From NCBI RefSeq assembly GCF_004010195.1, contig NC_057752.1, positions 1,867,976-1,910,724 of the forward strand: a stretch of 42,749 nt of DNA, read 5' to 3'. The position numbers were made by a program, and so were the translations under genes. Numbering within the stretch: the first letter of the stretch is position 1; the number at the start of each line of letters is the position of its first letter. The notes under the pieces were generated by a model that saw nothing but the letters and a program-made list of their open reading frames with translations, did no database searches and was not told the DNA's origin. Positions 19,381-31,221 of the stretch are shown here, in pieces. Source of the DNA: Chiloscyllium plagiosum. Its lineage: Eukaryota.

Positions 19381-22159
19381 TATTCAGCAGTTATCCAATC
19401 CTTTTCTGAAAACCATGTTGAGCCCTGCCACCACTCAACCCTCAGTCAATGCAATCCAGACCTGAGCCACATGCTGTATGAGAGAAAATGGTCAAATTTT
19501 TCACATGACCTTGGATCACATGGGTTAGATGGCACAGAAACAGGCCATTCAGCCCAACCAGTCCATACTGGTATTTGTGCCCCACTGGAGCCTCCCCTTT
19601 GGCTGGTATAGCTGACCGGTTGAAGGCACTGATGAAATTGATTTGCCTCTAGTAAGTTGGTTGACATTTATGTACGAGAAGGAGCAAAGAAAAGCATTTG
19701 GGGGGGAAAGTACCTCAAAAGCAAATAGTGGTTCAAGCACTAGCTCATAGAGATCACTGAGGATGCAAAAGCAGAGACAGTGTTTCTGCCCAATCTGAGG
19801 AAACTATCAGTCGGCTGGAATGCAGAGCTCAACATATCTTAACAATTCCTTAACTCATAAAAATGCACTCTCTCTCTCTTCCACAACGAGGTGAAAAATC
19901 TGCACTGCACATTAAATGCAGTGAAATGTGAAATGCGTTTTACAAGGAGGGCACTTGCAACTTCACTCCCATCAGCATGTGGAGAAAGTATTCCCATATT
20001 TTATCTTTCAAACAAGTCGTAATTTTTTTTAACAAAGCCCGCAATCTCCTCAATACAAAAGCAACTGATCCACAACAACTTGGTAGCATGTGTATTCTAA
20101 AAGTCCACAATAAAAATATGATCTTTAAACATTGACCACAAGCAGCATTAATGTTGACCTTTTTCTTTAAAAACATTTCCAAACCAACAGTTAAATTATT
20201 TAAGACATTTCTGAAAAGGGGCCAAAGCATCTCAGAATTCTGCGAAGTTAGAGTTATAATGTGCAGACTTCCACAGTCATAATTTGGAAATCTGGTCCTC
20301 CCTAGTTAATAGTCTGCAGTCAGTCATTACAATTAATTCAAAAAGTCTTCTACTTGGAATCAGACATTTACAAGACTGCCTTACTATAGATAGTCCACAT
20401 ATTAGCCCCACTCTGTTTTCTGCAGTACCTGGCTGTCTTTGAAAGCTCTTTCTCACTCCAGCCTGACACAGCACTGGGAATCAAACTTCTGGAAGTATAG
20501 AGAGGATTGTTCTCCAGAACTCAGCCCAAGGTTTTGAGGCTTCCTTGGATCCCTGCCCATAATCGAAGCAAGATCCAAACTAACTCTGACAGGAAAAAGC
20601 GAAGGAGCATCAATCAGTGGAGTCCCCCTCTAACAGTCTGAGCACGAGGGCTGAAACTCAGAGCAGGCACTCTTAAAGGGGCAGCACCCCACAGGGGAAC
20701 ATAGCCGCTCTTGTAGTGAGGAAGGAGGAGCAGGGGTTGAATCATCGGAAGTAAATGTGCAATGCTTACAGGTGCCAGAAACTTAGAAATTGGAGAGATT
20801 GACTCTGATGGCTGAGTACAGCTTGTGCATCTGCTAAAAGTGTCTGATACCTTGTAATTAATGCTGTCAAAGACATGGATAATGTCAGAGTGTGCTGGAC
20901 ACCATAAAGGAAATTGTTAAATGCTATGAGCTTTATTATGAGTGTTCAATGCTGGTGTCTTGTTTAAAGTGAAGTCTTTTGTCCCTCCCTTTACTGACTG
21001 TCAATTCCAGTAATTCACTCCAATAACTATAAGCAAAAGGACTCTCGAGCTTCAGCATCACAGTTTGATACTTGTAACCGTGCTCATAAATAAAGGACAG
21101 CACCATTAACCATAGGATATCCCACAGGAGGCTGGGGAATTTCAGAAAATATTCAACCAGTGATGTTGACCTCATTATCCAGGAGCACCAAATTCACAAA
21201 GTGAGTGATGTGGGTCAGGTCACAAATGGAGCTTTTCTGGACCTGATTAAGAGGTTTCTACTCTTGGCCAGGCTTCTCAATTGTAAACCCTTTCACTTTT
21301 ACAGTCACTTGGCATTTTGTTTCCTGTGAATGGTTTACAATGGGCCAGAGAACATCCATCAACTTTTGGCAACATCGATGAGCTGCATCAAGTTGAATCA
21401 TGTGGATCTCTGCAAAGTCCCAGAATCGGAAAGTGGGACTAAACCGAATATTTTCCACCCATCACATTAATAGAATGCGAAGTTACCACAGAAGGTCATT
21501 CGAGCTGACCATAAAACTGAGTTTAAGAGGCAATCGGTAATGTTTCTGGGTGCAGAAAGGATATGATGAGTTGCTTGGTAAAAGGAGTGAATTGATCAAA
21601 AGGAGAGAGGCTGTTTGAATCCAGTGACCTTTTCCTCTCCCGAAAATTTTCTTATGCTTTTATGACTGGCGTCAGGATGGACATTTTTGACCTGGACCCA
21701 CTTGTGCTATCTGTTACAGTGCTAAAGAGAATTGAGTGTCAAATCCATCTCGAGCCAACACTGGCAATGAAAACTTTATTGGAAATAGGAAAATAGGTCA
21801 GGTTCCTTCTGATTTAACAATAGCTGCAATGAAGAGGTTCCTTGAGTGGTATGGTTTACCTGGTAACAATACAGTCAAGGGTTCCTTGGTTACACAGGGA
21901 CCAAGAGCATCCTAAGAGCATTGCTGAATAGTGTCATATTGGAGCAGCTATAGTTACCAAGGTGACCCAACCAACAGTTCAACATGTTTCCTTTCGCAAA
22001 TGAACTCAGTCAGATACTTGATTCAAATATTTACCTTACTCATGTCAGAATGGCTGATTTGACTGTGTTATCTTTGATGTTGTTACTATCTTTCAAACGT
22101 ACCACAATACCGAGAGAACACTCAATTAGGTGGCAAATTATCATTCTGTTTAGTTTAAA

Positions 22160-25100
22160 GATTGGATTTTGTCAGCGTTGGAGAGACTTTATGGGAAAAG
22201 GGGGCTCGGATTTGATTCCGAGATCCTCGATCTGATTCCAGTTTTAACCGGGTGCAGACTAGTTCTAATCCTGCATGATTTTCATGGAGTTGAGCCGGCT
22301 TTTCAAAGAGTTGTGGGGCATGGTAGCTCTGGGGTTATGGGGTTTGGGTTGGAGGGTGAGAGCCCATCGGTGTTGGGTTGGGTGTGAGGGCCATGGGGAT
22401 TGGGTTGGGATAGAAGGGGCCTTGGGAGTTGGGTTGGGGTGGGAGGGGCCAGGGGGTTGGATTGCAATGGAAGGGGCCATGAAGGTTGGGTTGGGGTGGG
22501 AGTGGCCATGGGGGGATGGGTTGGGGTGGGAGTGGCCATGGGGGGATGGGTTGGGGTGGGAGTGGCCATGGGGGGATGGGTTGGGGTGGGAGTGGCCATG
22601 GGGGGATGGGTTGGGGTGGGAGTGGCCATGGGGGGATGGGTTGGGGTGGGAGTGGCCATGGGGGGATGGGTTGGGGTGGGAGTGGCCATGGGGGGATGGG
22701 TTGGGGTGGGAGTGGCCATGGGGGGATGGGTTGGGGTGGGAGTGGCCATGGGGGGATGGGTTGGGGTGGGAGTGGCCATGGGGGGATGGGTTGGGGTGGG
22801 AGTGGCCATGGGGGGATGGGTTGGGGTGGGAGTGGCCATGGGGGGATGGGTTGGGGTGGGAGTGGCCATGGGGGGATGGGTTGGGGTGGGAGTGGCCATG
22901 GGGGGATGGGTTGGGGTGGGAGTGGCCATGGGGGGATGGGTTGGGGTGGGAGTGGCCATGGGGGGATGGGTTGGGGTGGGAGTGGCCATGGGGGGATGGG
23001 TTGGGGTGGGAGTGGCCATGGGGGGATGGGTTGGGGTGGGAGTGGCCATGGGGGGATGGGTTGGGGTGGGAGTGGCCATGGGGGGATGGGTTGGGGTGGG
23101 AGTGGCCATGGGGGGATGGGTTGGGGTGGGAGTGGCCATGGGGGGATGGGTTGGGGTGGGAGTGGCCATGGGGGGATGGGTTGGGGTGGGAGTGGCCATG
23201 GGGGGATGGGTTGGGGTGGGAGTGGCCATGGGGGGATGGGTTGGGGTGGGAGTGGCCATGGGGGGATGGGTTGGGGTGGGAGTGGCCATGGGGGGATGGG
23301 TTGGGGTGGGAGTGGCCATGGGGGGATGGGTTGGGGTGGGAGTGGCCATGGGGGGATGGGTTGGGGTGGGAGTGGCCATGGGGGGATGGGTTGGGGTGGG
23401 AGTGGCCATGGGGGGATGGGTTGGGGTGGGAGTGGCCATGGGGGGATGGGTTGGGGTGGGAGTGGCCATGGGGGGATGGGTTGGGGTGGGAGTGGCCATG
23501 GGGGGATGGGTTGGGGTGGGAGTGGCCATGGGGGGATGGGTTGGGGTGGGAGTGGCCATGGGGGGATGGGTTGGGGTGGGAGTGGCCATGGGGGGATGGG
23601 TTGGGGTGGGAGTGGCCATGGGGGGATGGGTTGGGGTGGGAGTGGCCATGGGGGGATGGGTTGGGGTGGGAGTGGCCATGGGGGGATGGGTTGGGGTGGG
23701 AGTGGCCATGGGGGGATGGGTTGGGGTGGGAGTGGCCATGGGGGGATGGGTTGGGGTGGGAGTGGCCATGGGGGGATGGGTTGGGGTGGGAGTGGCCATG
23801 GGGGGATGGGTTGGGGTGGGAGTGGCCATGGGGGGATGGGTTGGGGTGGGAGTGGCCATGGGGGGATGGGTTGGGGTGGGAGTGGCCATGGGGGGATGGG
23901 TTGGGGTGGGAGTGGCCATGGGGGGATGGGTTGGGGTGGGAGTGGCCATGGGGGGATGGGTTGGGGTGGGAGTGGCCATGGGGGGATGGGTTGGGGTGGG
24001 AGTGGCCATGGGGGGATGGGTTGGGGTGGGAGTGGCCATGGGGGGATGGGTTGGGGTGGGAGTGGCCATGGGGGGATGGGTTGGGGTGGGAGTGGCCATG
24101 GGGGGATGGGTTGGGGTGGGAGTGGCCATGGGGGGATGGGTTGGGGTGGGAGTGGCCATGGGGGGATGGGTTGGGGTGGGAGTGGCCATGGGGGGATGGG
24201 TTGGGGTGGGAGTGGCCATGGGGGGATGGGTTGGGGTGGGAGTGGCCATGGGGGGATGGGTTGGGGTGGGAGTGGCCATGGGGGGATGGGTTGGGGTGGG
24301 AGTGGCCATGGGGGGATGGGTTGGGGTGGGAGTGGCCATGGGGGGATGGGTTGGGGTGGGAGTGGCCATGGGGGGATGGGTTGGGGTGGGAGTGGCCATG
24401 GGGGGATGGGTTGGGGTGGGAGTGGCCATGGGGGGATGGGTTGGGGTGGGAGTGGCCATGGGGGGATGGGTTGGGGTGGGAGTGGCCATGGGGGGATGGG
24501 TTGGGGTGGGAGTGGCCATGGGGGGATGGGTTGGGGTGGGAGTGGCCATGGGGGGATGGGTTGGGGTGGGAGTGGCCATGGGGGGATGGGTTGGGGTGGG
24601 AGTGGCCATGGGGGGATGGGTTGGGGTGGGAGTGGCCATGGGGGGATGGGTTGGGGTGGGAGTGGCCATGGGGGGATGGGTTGGGGTGGGAGTGGCCATG
24701 GGGGGATGGGTTGGGGTGGGAGTGGCCATGGGGGGATGGGTTGGGGTGGGAGTGGCCATGGGGGGATGGGTTGGGGTGGGAGTGGCCATGGGGGGATGGG
24801 TTGGGGTGGGAGTGGCCATGGGGGGATGGGTTGGGGTGGGAGTGGCCATGGGGGGATGGGTTGGGGTGGGAGTGGCCATGGGGGGATGGGTTGGGGTGGG
24901 AGTGGCCATGGGGGGATGGGTTGGGGTGGGAGTGGCCATGGGGGGATGGGTTGGGGTGGGAGTGGCCATGGGGGGATGGGTTGGGGTGGGAGTGGCCATG
25001 GGGGGATGGGTTGGGGTGGGAGTGGCCATGGGGGGATGGGTTGGGGTGGGAGTGGCCATGGGGGGATGGGTTGGGGTGGGAGTGGCCATGGGGGGATGGG

Positions 25101-25783
25101 TTGGGGTGGGAGTGGCCATGGGGGGATGGGTTGGGGTGGGAGTGGCCATGGGGGGATGGGTTGGGGTGGGAGTGGCCATGGGGGGATGGGTTGGGGTGGG
25201 AGTGGCCATGGGGGGATGGGTTGGGGTGGGAGTGGCCATGGGGGGATGGGTTGGGGTGGGAGTGGCCATGGGGGGATGGGTTGGGGTGGGAGTGGCCATG
25301 GGGGGATGGGTTGGGGTGGGAGTGGCCATGGGGGGATGGGTTGGGGTGGGAGTGGCCATGGGGGGATGGGTTGGGGTGGGAGTGGCCATGGGGGGATGGG
25401 TTGGGGTGGGAGTGGCCATGGGGGGATGGGTTGGGGTGGGAGTGGCCATGGGGGGATGGGTTGGGGTGGGAGTGGCCATGGGGGGATGGGTTGGGGTGGG
25501 AGTGGCCATGGGGGGATGGGTTGGGGTGGGAGTGGCCATGGGGGGATGGGTTGGGGTGGGAGTGGCCATGGGGGGATGGGTTGGGGTTTGAGGGGCCATG
25601 GGGGAATGGGTTGGGGTGGGAGTGGCCATAGGTTGGTTTGGGGAGTGTGTGGGGATGAGGGGTTGTGAGGGATGAGGGCTGGTTTTTAAATTTAATTCTT
25701 CCCTTCACGTGCCGGATTACTCCAGCTCACTGCCGAATCTCTGATTCCCATTTAACACCAGTCCATTCGACAAAAATTCAACC
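22160..25783. mobile_element. old MITE-like element (~50-bp imperfect TIRs) containing the minisatellite
   Basis: Left end gattggattttgtc-N17-atgggaaaagggggctcgg; reverse complement of the right end ggttgaatttttgtc-N17-atgggaatcagagattcgg. Confidence 0.5.
22487..25587. repeat. perfect 30-bp G-rich minisatellite (AGTGGCCATGGGGGGATGGGTTGGGGTGGG), about 103 copies
   Basis: 3101 bp with no variant unit that I can see; degenerate units flank it at about 22310-22486 and 25588-25680. Confidence 0.98.
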
Positions 25784-26044
25784 TTCAGGCCATTTCAACC
25801 TGGGCCAGGTCTGCGAAACTGGTAACTGTCCTAATGCTGTGCTCTTGATGAGGGACAGAAATTTCAGGACGAATTGTTGAACTAAACATATTTAGTGCAA
25901 TCAATCCATTGTCAAGTCACATTTTACAAAGAATGGAACATACTATGCCTCCCTGCATGCTTAATAAAAATTGGATTATCTGATGTAATGGACAGCAATA
26001 CACATACAAATTACTTTGAACACTATGTTTCATTTCCGTAATTT

Positions 26045-26262
26045 GCCATTTCCCCAATATGGGCCGAAGTGCTTTCTAACTGAAGCAGTACAATTGTCAC
26101 CAATGGAGGGAAACAAGGCAACCAATTTACACACGGCTAGCTCCCAAAAAGAGCAAGTAACTAAAATCACTGGACTACCAGCTTTAGGTGTTGATTAAGA
26201 GAAAGATATTAGCCAGGATTATTTGGAGAACTTCCCTGCTTTTCTTAGAATAGTGCCGTTGT
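26045..26262 (-). mobile_element. Deu-domain SINE remnant (AmnSINE1/SacSINE1-like)
   Basis: Reverse strand gcactattctaagaaaagcagggaagttctcc...tcctggctaatat...ttgctctttttgggagctagccgtgtgtaaattggttgcc resembles the DeuSINE core; homologous to 39395-39510. Confidence 0.55.
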
Positions 26263-26432
26263 AGAGACAATCATGGCCTCATAGTATCATTCTCAGAAAT
26301 CCAGAGACTCAGGTAATATTCTGGGCTCCTGGGTTCAATACAAACATTGCAGAATTGGGATAGTGTCATTTGATCCTTTAAATTGTGGGCTGTGCTGTGG
26401 GCCATATGGTTTTATTCAGGGCTATTCATTTA

Positions 26433-26748
26433 AGATTGGATTCCCCTACAGTGTGGAAACAGGCCCTTTGGCCCAACCAGTCCACACTGATCCTCTGAAG
26501 AGTAACCCACCCAGACCCATTTCCCTCTGACTAATGCACCTAACACTACAGGCAATTTAGCATGGCCAATTCACCTGACCGGCACATCCTTGGATTGTGG
26601 GAGGAAACCGGAGCACCCAGAGGAAACCCACACAGACACGGGGAGAATGTGCAAACTCCACACAGACAGTTGCCCGAGGCTGGAACCGAACCTGCGACCC
26701 TGGTGCTGTGAGGCAGCAGTGCTAAGCACCGAGCCACTGTGCTGCCCC
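26433..26748 (-). mobile_element. HE1-type V-SINE, full length
   Basis: Reverse-complement homologue of 11502-11806 (tRNA head, V-domain, CR1-like tail). Confidence 0.92.
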
Positions 26749-27044
26749 CAGCTCAGCTATTTTATTGCTCAAAAAGCCAGAGGGTTCAAATTAAAGCAAC
26801 TCAGGAAACTTGAATAAGGGATTATATTCTCCATTGAAAGGAACCTCTCCCCAAACTAATGTTCCTCTTTAACCACTCCACAGGATAAATGACTGCCCCT
26901 GCTGTCTCAGTTGACAGATGAAAAACTACTGCTAAAGTGAAGCTCGGTTTTTATTAAAGTCAATTAACATTCGAAAGACATCATATTCAACAAAGACCTC
27001 ACACTCATTTCCACCTGATTAAATAACACAAATCTGATAACTAA

Positions 27045-28100
27045 TAAAAGACAGAGAGTTGGGATATGGGAGTAATTTCAGGATGGTAACCTGTAACTAG
27101 TGGAGTGTCACAGAGCTCAGTGCTGGGGCCACAGTTATTTGCAGTAGATATGAATGTCTTGGATGAGGATGTGAATGCACTATTGCCAAGTTTGTAGATG
27201 ATACGTGGGAATGCAAGTAGTGAGGATAACACAAAGAGGCTGCAGAGGGATACAGACAGGTTAGGTGAGTGGGCAAAAACATGGCAGATGGAATAGAGTG
27301 TGGGAAAATGTAAGGTGGTGAACTTTGGCAGGAAGAAAAGAGCAGTTATTTAAATTGGGGAAGACTGCAGAATGCTATAGAACAGACAGATTTTAGAGTC
27401 CTTGTGCATATATCATTAAAAAGCCAGCATCCAAGTTCAGTGGGTAATAGGAGAGGCAAATGCACCTGGCCATTACTTCAAATGGAACGGAGTATAAAAG
27501 TAGAGAGGTTTTGCTAAAACTATATAAGGCACCAGTTGGACCACAGCTGGAATACTGTGAAAAGCTCTGGGCCCCTTATCGAAGGAAAGATAGACTGACA
27601 TTGGAGACAGTCCAGAAAAGATTCACTCGACTGATCCCAGGGACAGTGGGACTGTCTTATGAGGAGAGGTTGAGTAGGTTGGGCCTGAACTCATTGGAGT
27701 TGAGAAGAATGAGAGGAGACCTTATTGGAACATATAAAATTCTTATGTGACTTGGCAGGGGAGATATGGAGAGATTATCTTCCCTTGTGGGAGAGTCTCA
27801 GACCAGAGGGCATCATCTCAGAATAAGGGCTCGCGCATTTAAGACAGAGATGAGGAGGAATTTCTTCTCTCTGAGGGGAGTGAATCTGTGGAATTCTTTA
27901 CCACAGAGGGCTGTCAAGGCTGCGTTATTATTCAAGGTTGAGATAGACAGACTTTTAATCAGGAAGGGAATCGAGAGTGTATGGGGGAAAAGGCAGGAAA
28001 GTGGAGTTGAGGATGATCAGATCAGTCATGATCTCATTGAATGGTGGGGCAGATTCGATGGGCTGAATGGCCCACTCCTGCTGCTATGTCTTCTGGTCCT
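27045..28100 (+). mobile_element. 5'-truncated CR1 LINE
   Basis: gccaagtttgtagatgatacg (KFVDDT, degenerate FADD); ORFs 27460-27750 (LYKAPVGPQLEYC..SLELRRMRGDLIGTYK) and 27766-28251 (FFSLRGVNLWNSLP); 3'UTR at about 28020-28100. Confidence 0.92.
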
Positions 28101-28221
28101 TATAAAAGCACACCACTACATTACTTGTGTAAAACATCATGGTAACAAAAGTGATGACTTGCTGAATAAAAAAAAGGTCACACATACATTTTCACAAAGA
28201 CAGCGCCCATTTAAGATTGGA

Positions 28222-28353
28222 GGGTGTGAGTTCAATTCCCACACCAGATGAGTTTACCATGACAAACTCTCCTTCTCAACCTGTCCCCTCACCTGAGGCC
28301 AGGCGACCCTTAGGTTAAACCACCACCAGTTGTCTCTCCTTAATGAGAGAGCA
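28222..28353 (+). mobile_element. short tRNA-derived SINE (family C)
   Basis: gagttcaattccc B box; homologous to 3103-3289. Confidence 0.6.
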
Positions 28354-29544
28354 AAATCCCTGTCATTATTTGATAGCTCCTAACATGTTCTTTACATTTT
28401 TAATAACGTTACAATGTGCATCATATATTTGATGAATACATTTTAAGCTTTAAAGCTGAGAACTCAATCAGTATTAAATTGGTCGTGCTGTTCCAAAGTA
28501 CACCTTGGACCCAAATGTTTCATGAATCATGTATCTTTAAGAGTTTTAAAACAGGATGTATATTTCGGGTAACGTACTGTTGTTGAGACAATTTTGCAAG
28601 AATGCTTTCCCCTCAAGGTGCCCTCTACCATCATTTTTTTATCATCAATTTAATTATAGAGTGCTTTGGCTAACAATACACTCCTTATTACCAGTTGCCC
28701 AATTTTTATCTGACATTTACTTTCAACTCATCCTCAAGCCAAAGACCACTTTACCAGAAGTCATAAAACAATAGCAACCTCCCCCCAATTCAGGGGGCAA
28801 GTGGAGAGTTGGATCAAAAGTTGATTTCCCAGGTTTTGGTCAGTGCTACTGAAAGTTTGATTGGAAAAGCTTCATCACTAAATGGCTTACGTTAAGGATG
28901 GAAAAAGGATTGCAACTTTAAAAACAGGATTTTGGGATGTTTAACACCCTTTGGACACTGGTTAATGGATTTGTACTAAGTTAACTGGTTTATTTGAAAC
29001 AGTTTTAATGAGTGTGTTTGAACAGTGCAACCAAAGGAACTTCATAGAAAGACATGAACCAGTGCACTACAAGACAGAGTTAACTTCTAGGTATCTGGCT
29101 TCTTTATATTTCCAGACAACCCAATCAAACTTTGTGCAATGCTATACAACGAAGGACAACAAGTGATAAAGAGTGCACTGCAAATGTAATGTCTGCCATC
29201 CCACTCTCCCCTTTGAAAAGTGGAAGATCAATGTAGAACTCTACACTGGAACTTCATGGACCAAAAAATCTTGGACGTAATGCTTTCTGAGTTTGGAATT
29301 GTGGGCTAAGTGCTGGATTTAACATCAGTGCCCTGGGTCGGTGAGAAGGGTTTCTGTTCCAATGGTGTGATAATCTGCCTGCTGTTTCTTTTCTCTTACT
29401 TTACCATCTACGCTGGACTGCTGCTCCTCTCAAACCGCAAGGCCTTAAATTGGCACTCCTGTGCCAACAGGTTGCCTGCTTTCTTTCAAGGGACCCATCT
29501 CTGTGCCAACTAAAGGGACCACTCTGTAAAAACTCTGTAAAAAG

Positions 29545-29985
29545 CTAGGAATGGTGCAGCAAGTAACTCCCCTCCTGACTCCCCACAGCCTGTCTACAAG
29601 GCCCAACTCAGGACTGTGATGGAATACTCCCCACTTGCCTGGATGGGGGCAGCTCCAACAACACTCAAGAAGCTCAACACCATCCAGGACAAAGCAGCCC
29701 CCGCTTGATTGGCACCACATCCATAAGCTTCCACTCCCTACCCCACTGATGTTCAGTAGCAGCAGTGTGTACTATCTACAAGATGCACTGCAGACATTCA
29801 CCAAAGATCCTCAGACAGCACCTTCCAAACCTACGGCCACTTCCATCTAGAAGGACAAGGGCAGCAGGTACATGGGAACACCACCCCCTGCAAGTTCCCC
29901 TCCAAGCCACTCACCATCCTGACTGGGAAATATATCGCCGTTCCTTCAGTGTGGCTGGGTCAAAATCCTGGAATTCCCTCCCTCA
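29545..29985 (+). mobile_element. CR1-group LINE fragment (second lineage)
   Basis: YKAQLRTVMEYSPLAWMGAAPTTLKKLNTIQDKAA...VCTIYKMHC...RRTRAAG...SKSWNSLP; homologous to 15040-15600. Confidence 0.85.
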
Positions 29986-31221
29986 GGTGAAAATAAAACC
30001 TTCCCTCTGGTGCCAGGCTTGGGAGCTAGAAACAGCTTCTCAGCCCGGAGATAGAGTGCAGGTGGAAGCTCTCTCCTTTGAGTGGAGAAGAGGGCAAAAA
30101 GGAGCAGATAAAATCTAACTTGCACATGTCCAACCATTTCGTCTTACTAGCCAAACCAAACAAGAGTGGCTTCACTGCTTTTTGAAGTCATCCTTCTTTT
30201 TCTCCATGAACCTTATGTGTCTTTGTGTTCGTTCCGAGAGGATAATTCCACTGAAGGTAATGAGACAAGTCGCCCCACAAGTGCCTGCACCTTCGTCATG
30301 CGTGCAGTATAAGTCAGCTTTAATGGGTGCACCCTGACAGGCCAGGATGGCAGGTGAACCCTGGGACCCCCATTTATTTACACTTGCCAACCCAGAGCAG
30401 CGCTGTAATAAGTTTTGATCTGGACTAAAACTGACCTACAAGTGCTCCAACAACAAAACTAGTCAATTCATCACTTTACAAACAAGTATACGTTTCATAT
30501 TTTGACAATGTATATATTACACATGGAGCTGGTGACAATCTGAAAGCACCAGCCTCTGTCTATTATGCAGCTGTTACACTGCAACATTTTGAAAATAAAT
30601 GGGTACCAATGTGTCTCTATAAAGTGATAGTCCCTGCAGATGGATTTTGTTTCCGATCGGTTTTAATTTTTGAAATGCTTTGCTCTTGTTAGGGTCTCTC
30701 TACCTTGCCTGCAGAGGTCAAGTTTCTCATCATTGCAGTTACCAAGAGTGACTTCTTGCCAGCAGCCTGTTCTTTATGTGCCTCCTCTCATTGAAGATGC
30801 CGCACAACACAGCTTGGGAAGACTCACTTGGCTGGACCAGCCTGAAATCACAGACGAGGCTGACAATCGCTGGTCAAGCCTGGAAGTGGTCAGGGTTTTG
30901 TTGCTGACACTCGCGTTCCAGGTTGAAGCACTCAGGTGCTCCTTACAGCGCCTCCTGTCTGTGAAACAGGCCATTAACCAATGCAAACTTTTGCTCCATT
31001 ACTCAATATTGTCATATAATCTGCACCCACTGAAATCTCCTATGGCAGAAACAGTGGTCGTCTGGGACTCTCTGGAATCCCTTTTGGGATTCTGTGCTTG
31101 GAACAGCCATTCATTTCCCCGGAATTTTACTAACGTTGACATCTTTGGAGTTGTCAATTTGCTCTTTTCTTGTTCTCCAACAGCTAATGTCAAAATTTAA
31201 AATTTTTCACAAACATCATTG

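Noticed and set aside
20426..20494. Possible exon YLAVFESSFSLQPDTALGIKLLE after a ttttctgcAG acceptor
   Set aside because: The donor (GAA/GTATAG) is weak, the peptide is unrecognised, and no partner exons could be linked.
22487..25587. Immunoglobulin switch region or interstitial telomere
   Set aside because: No AGCT/WGCW AID hotspots, no Ig exons nearby and no TTAGGG; the single TTGGGG per unit is incidental.
22265..25708. Five >1000-aa ORFs as real genes (mucin-like, His/Pro-rich, prion-repeat-like or Gly-rich structural proteins)
   Set aside because: All arise from one stop-free 30-bp unit. There is no synonymous variation, no signal peptide or unique domain, and all six frames are equally open.
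30702..30843. Minus-strand exon bounded by ttcAG and GTAGAG
   Set aside because: Stop codons in all three frames.
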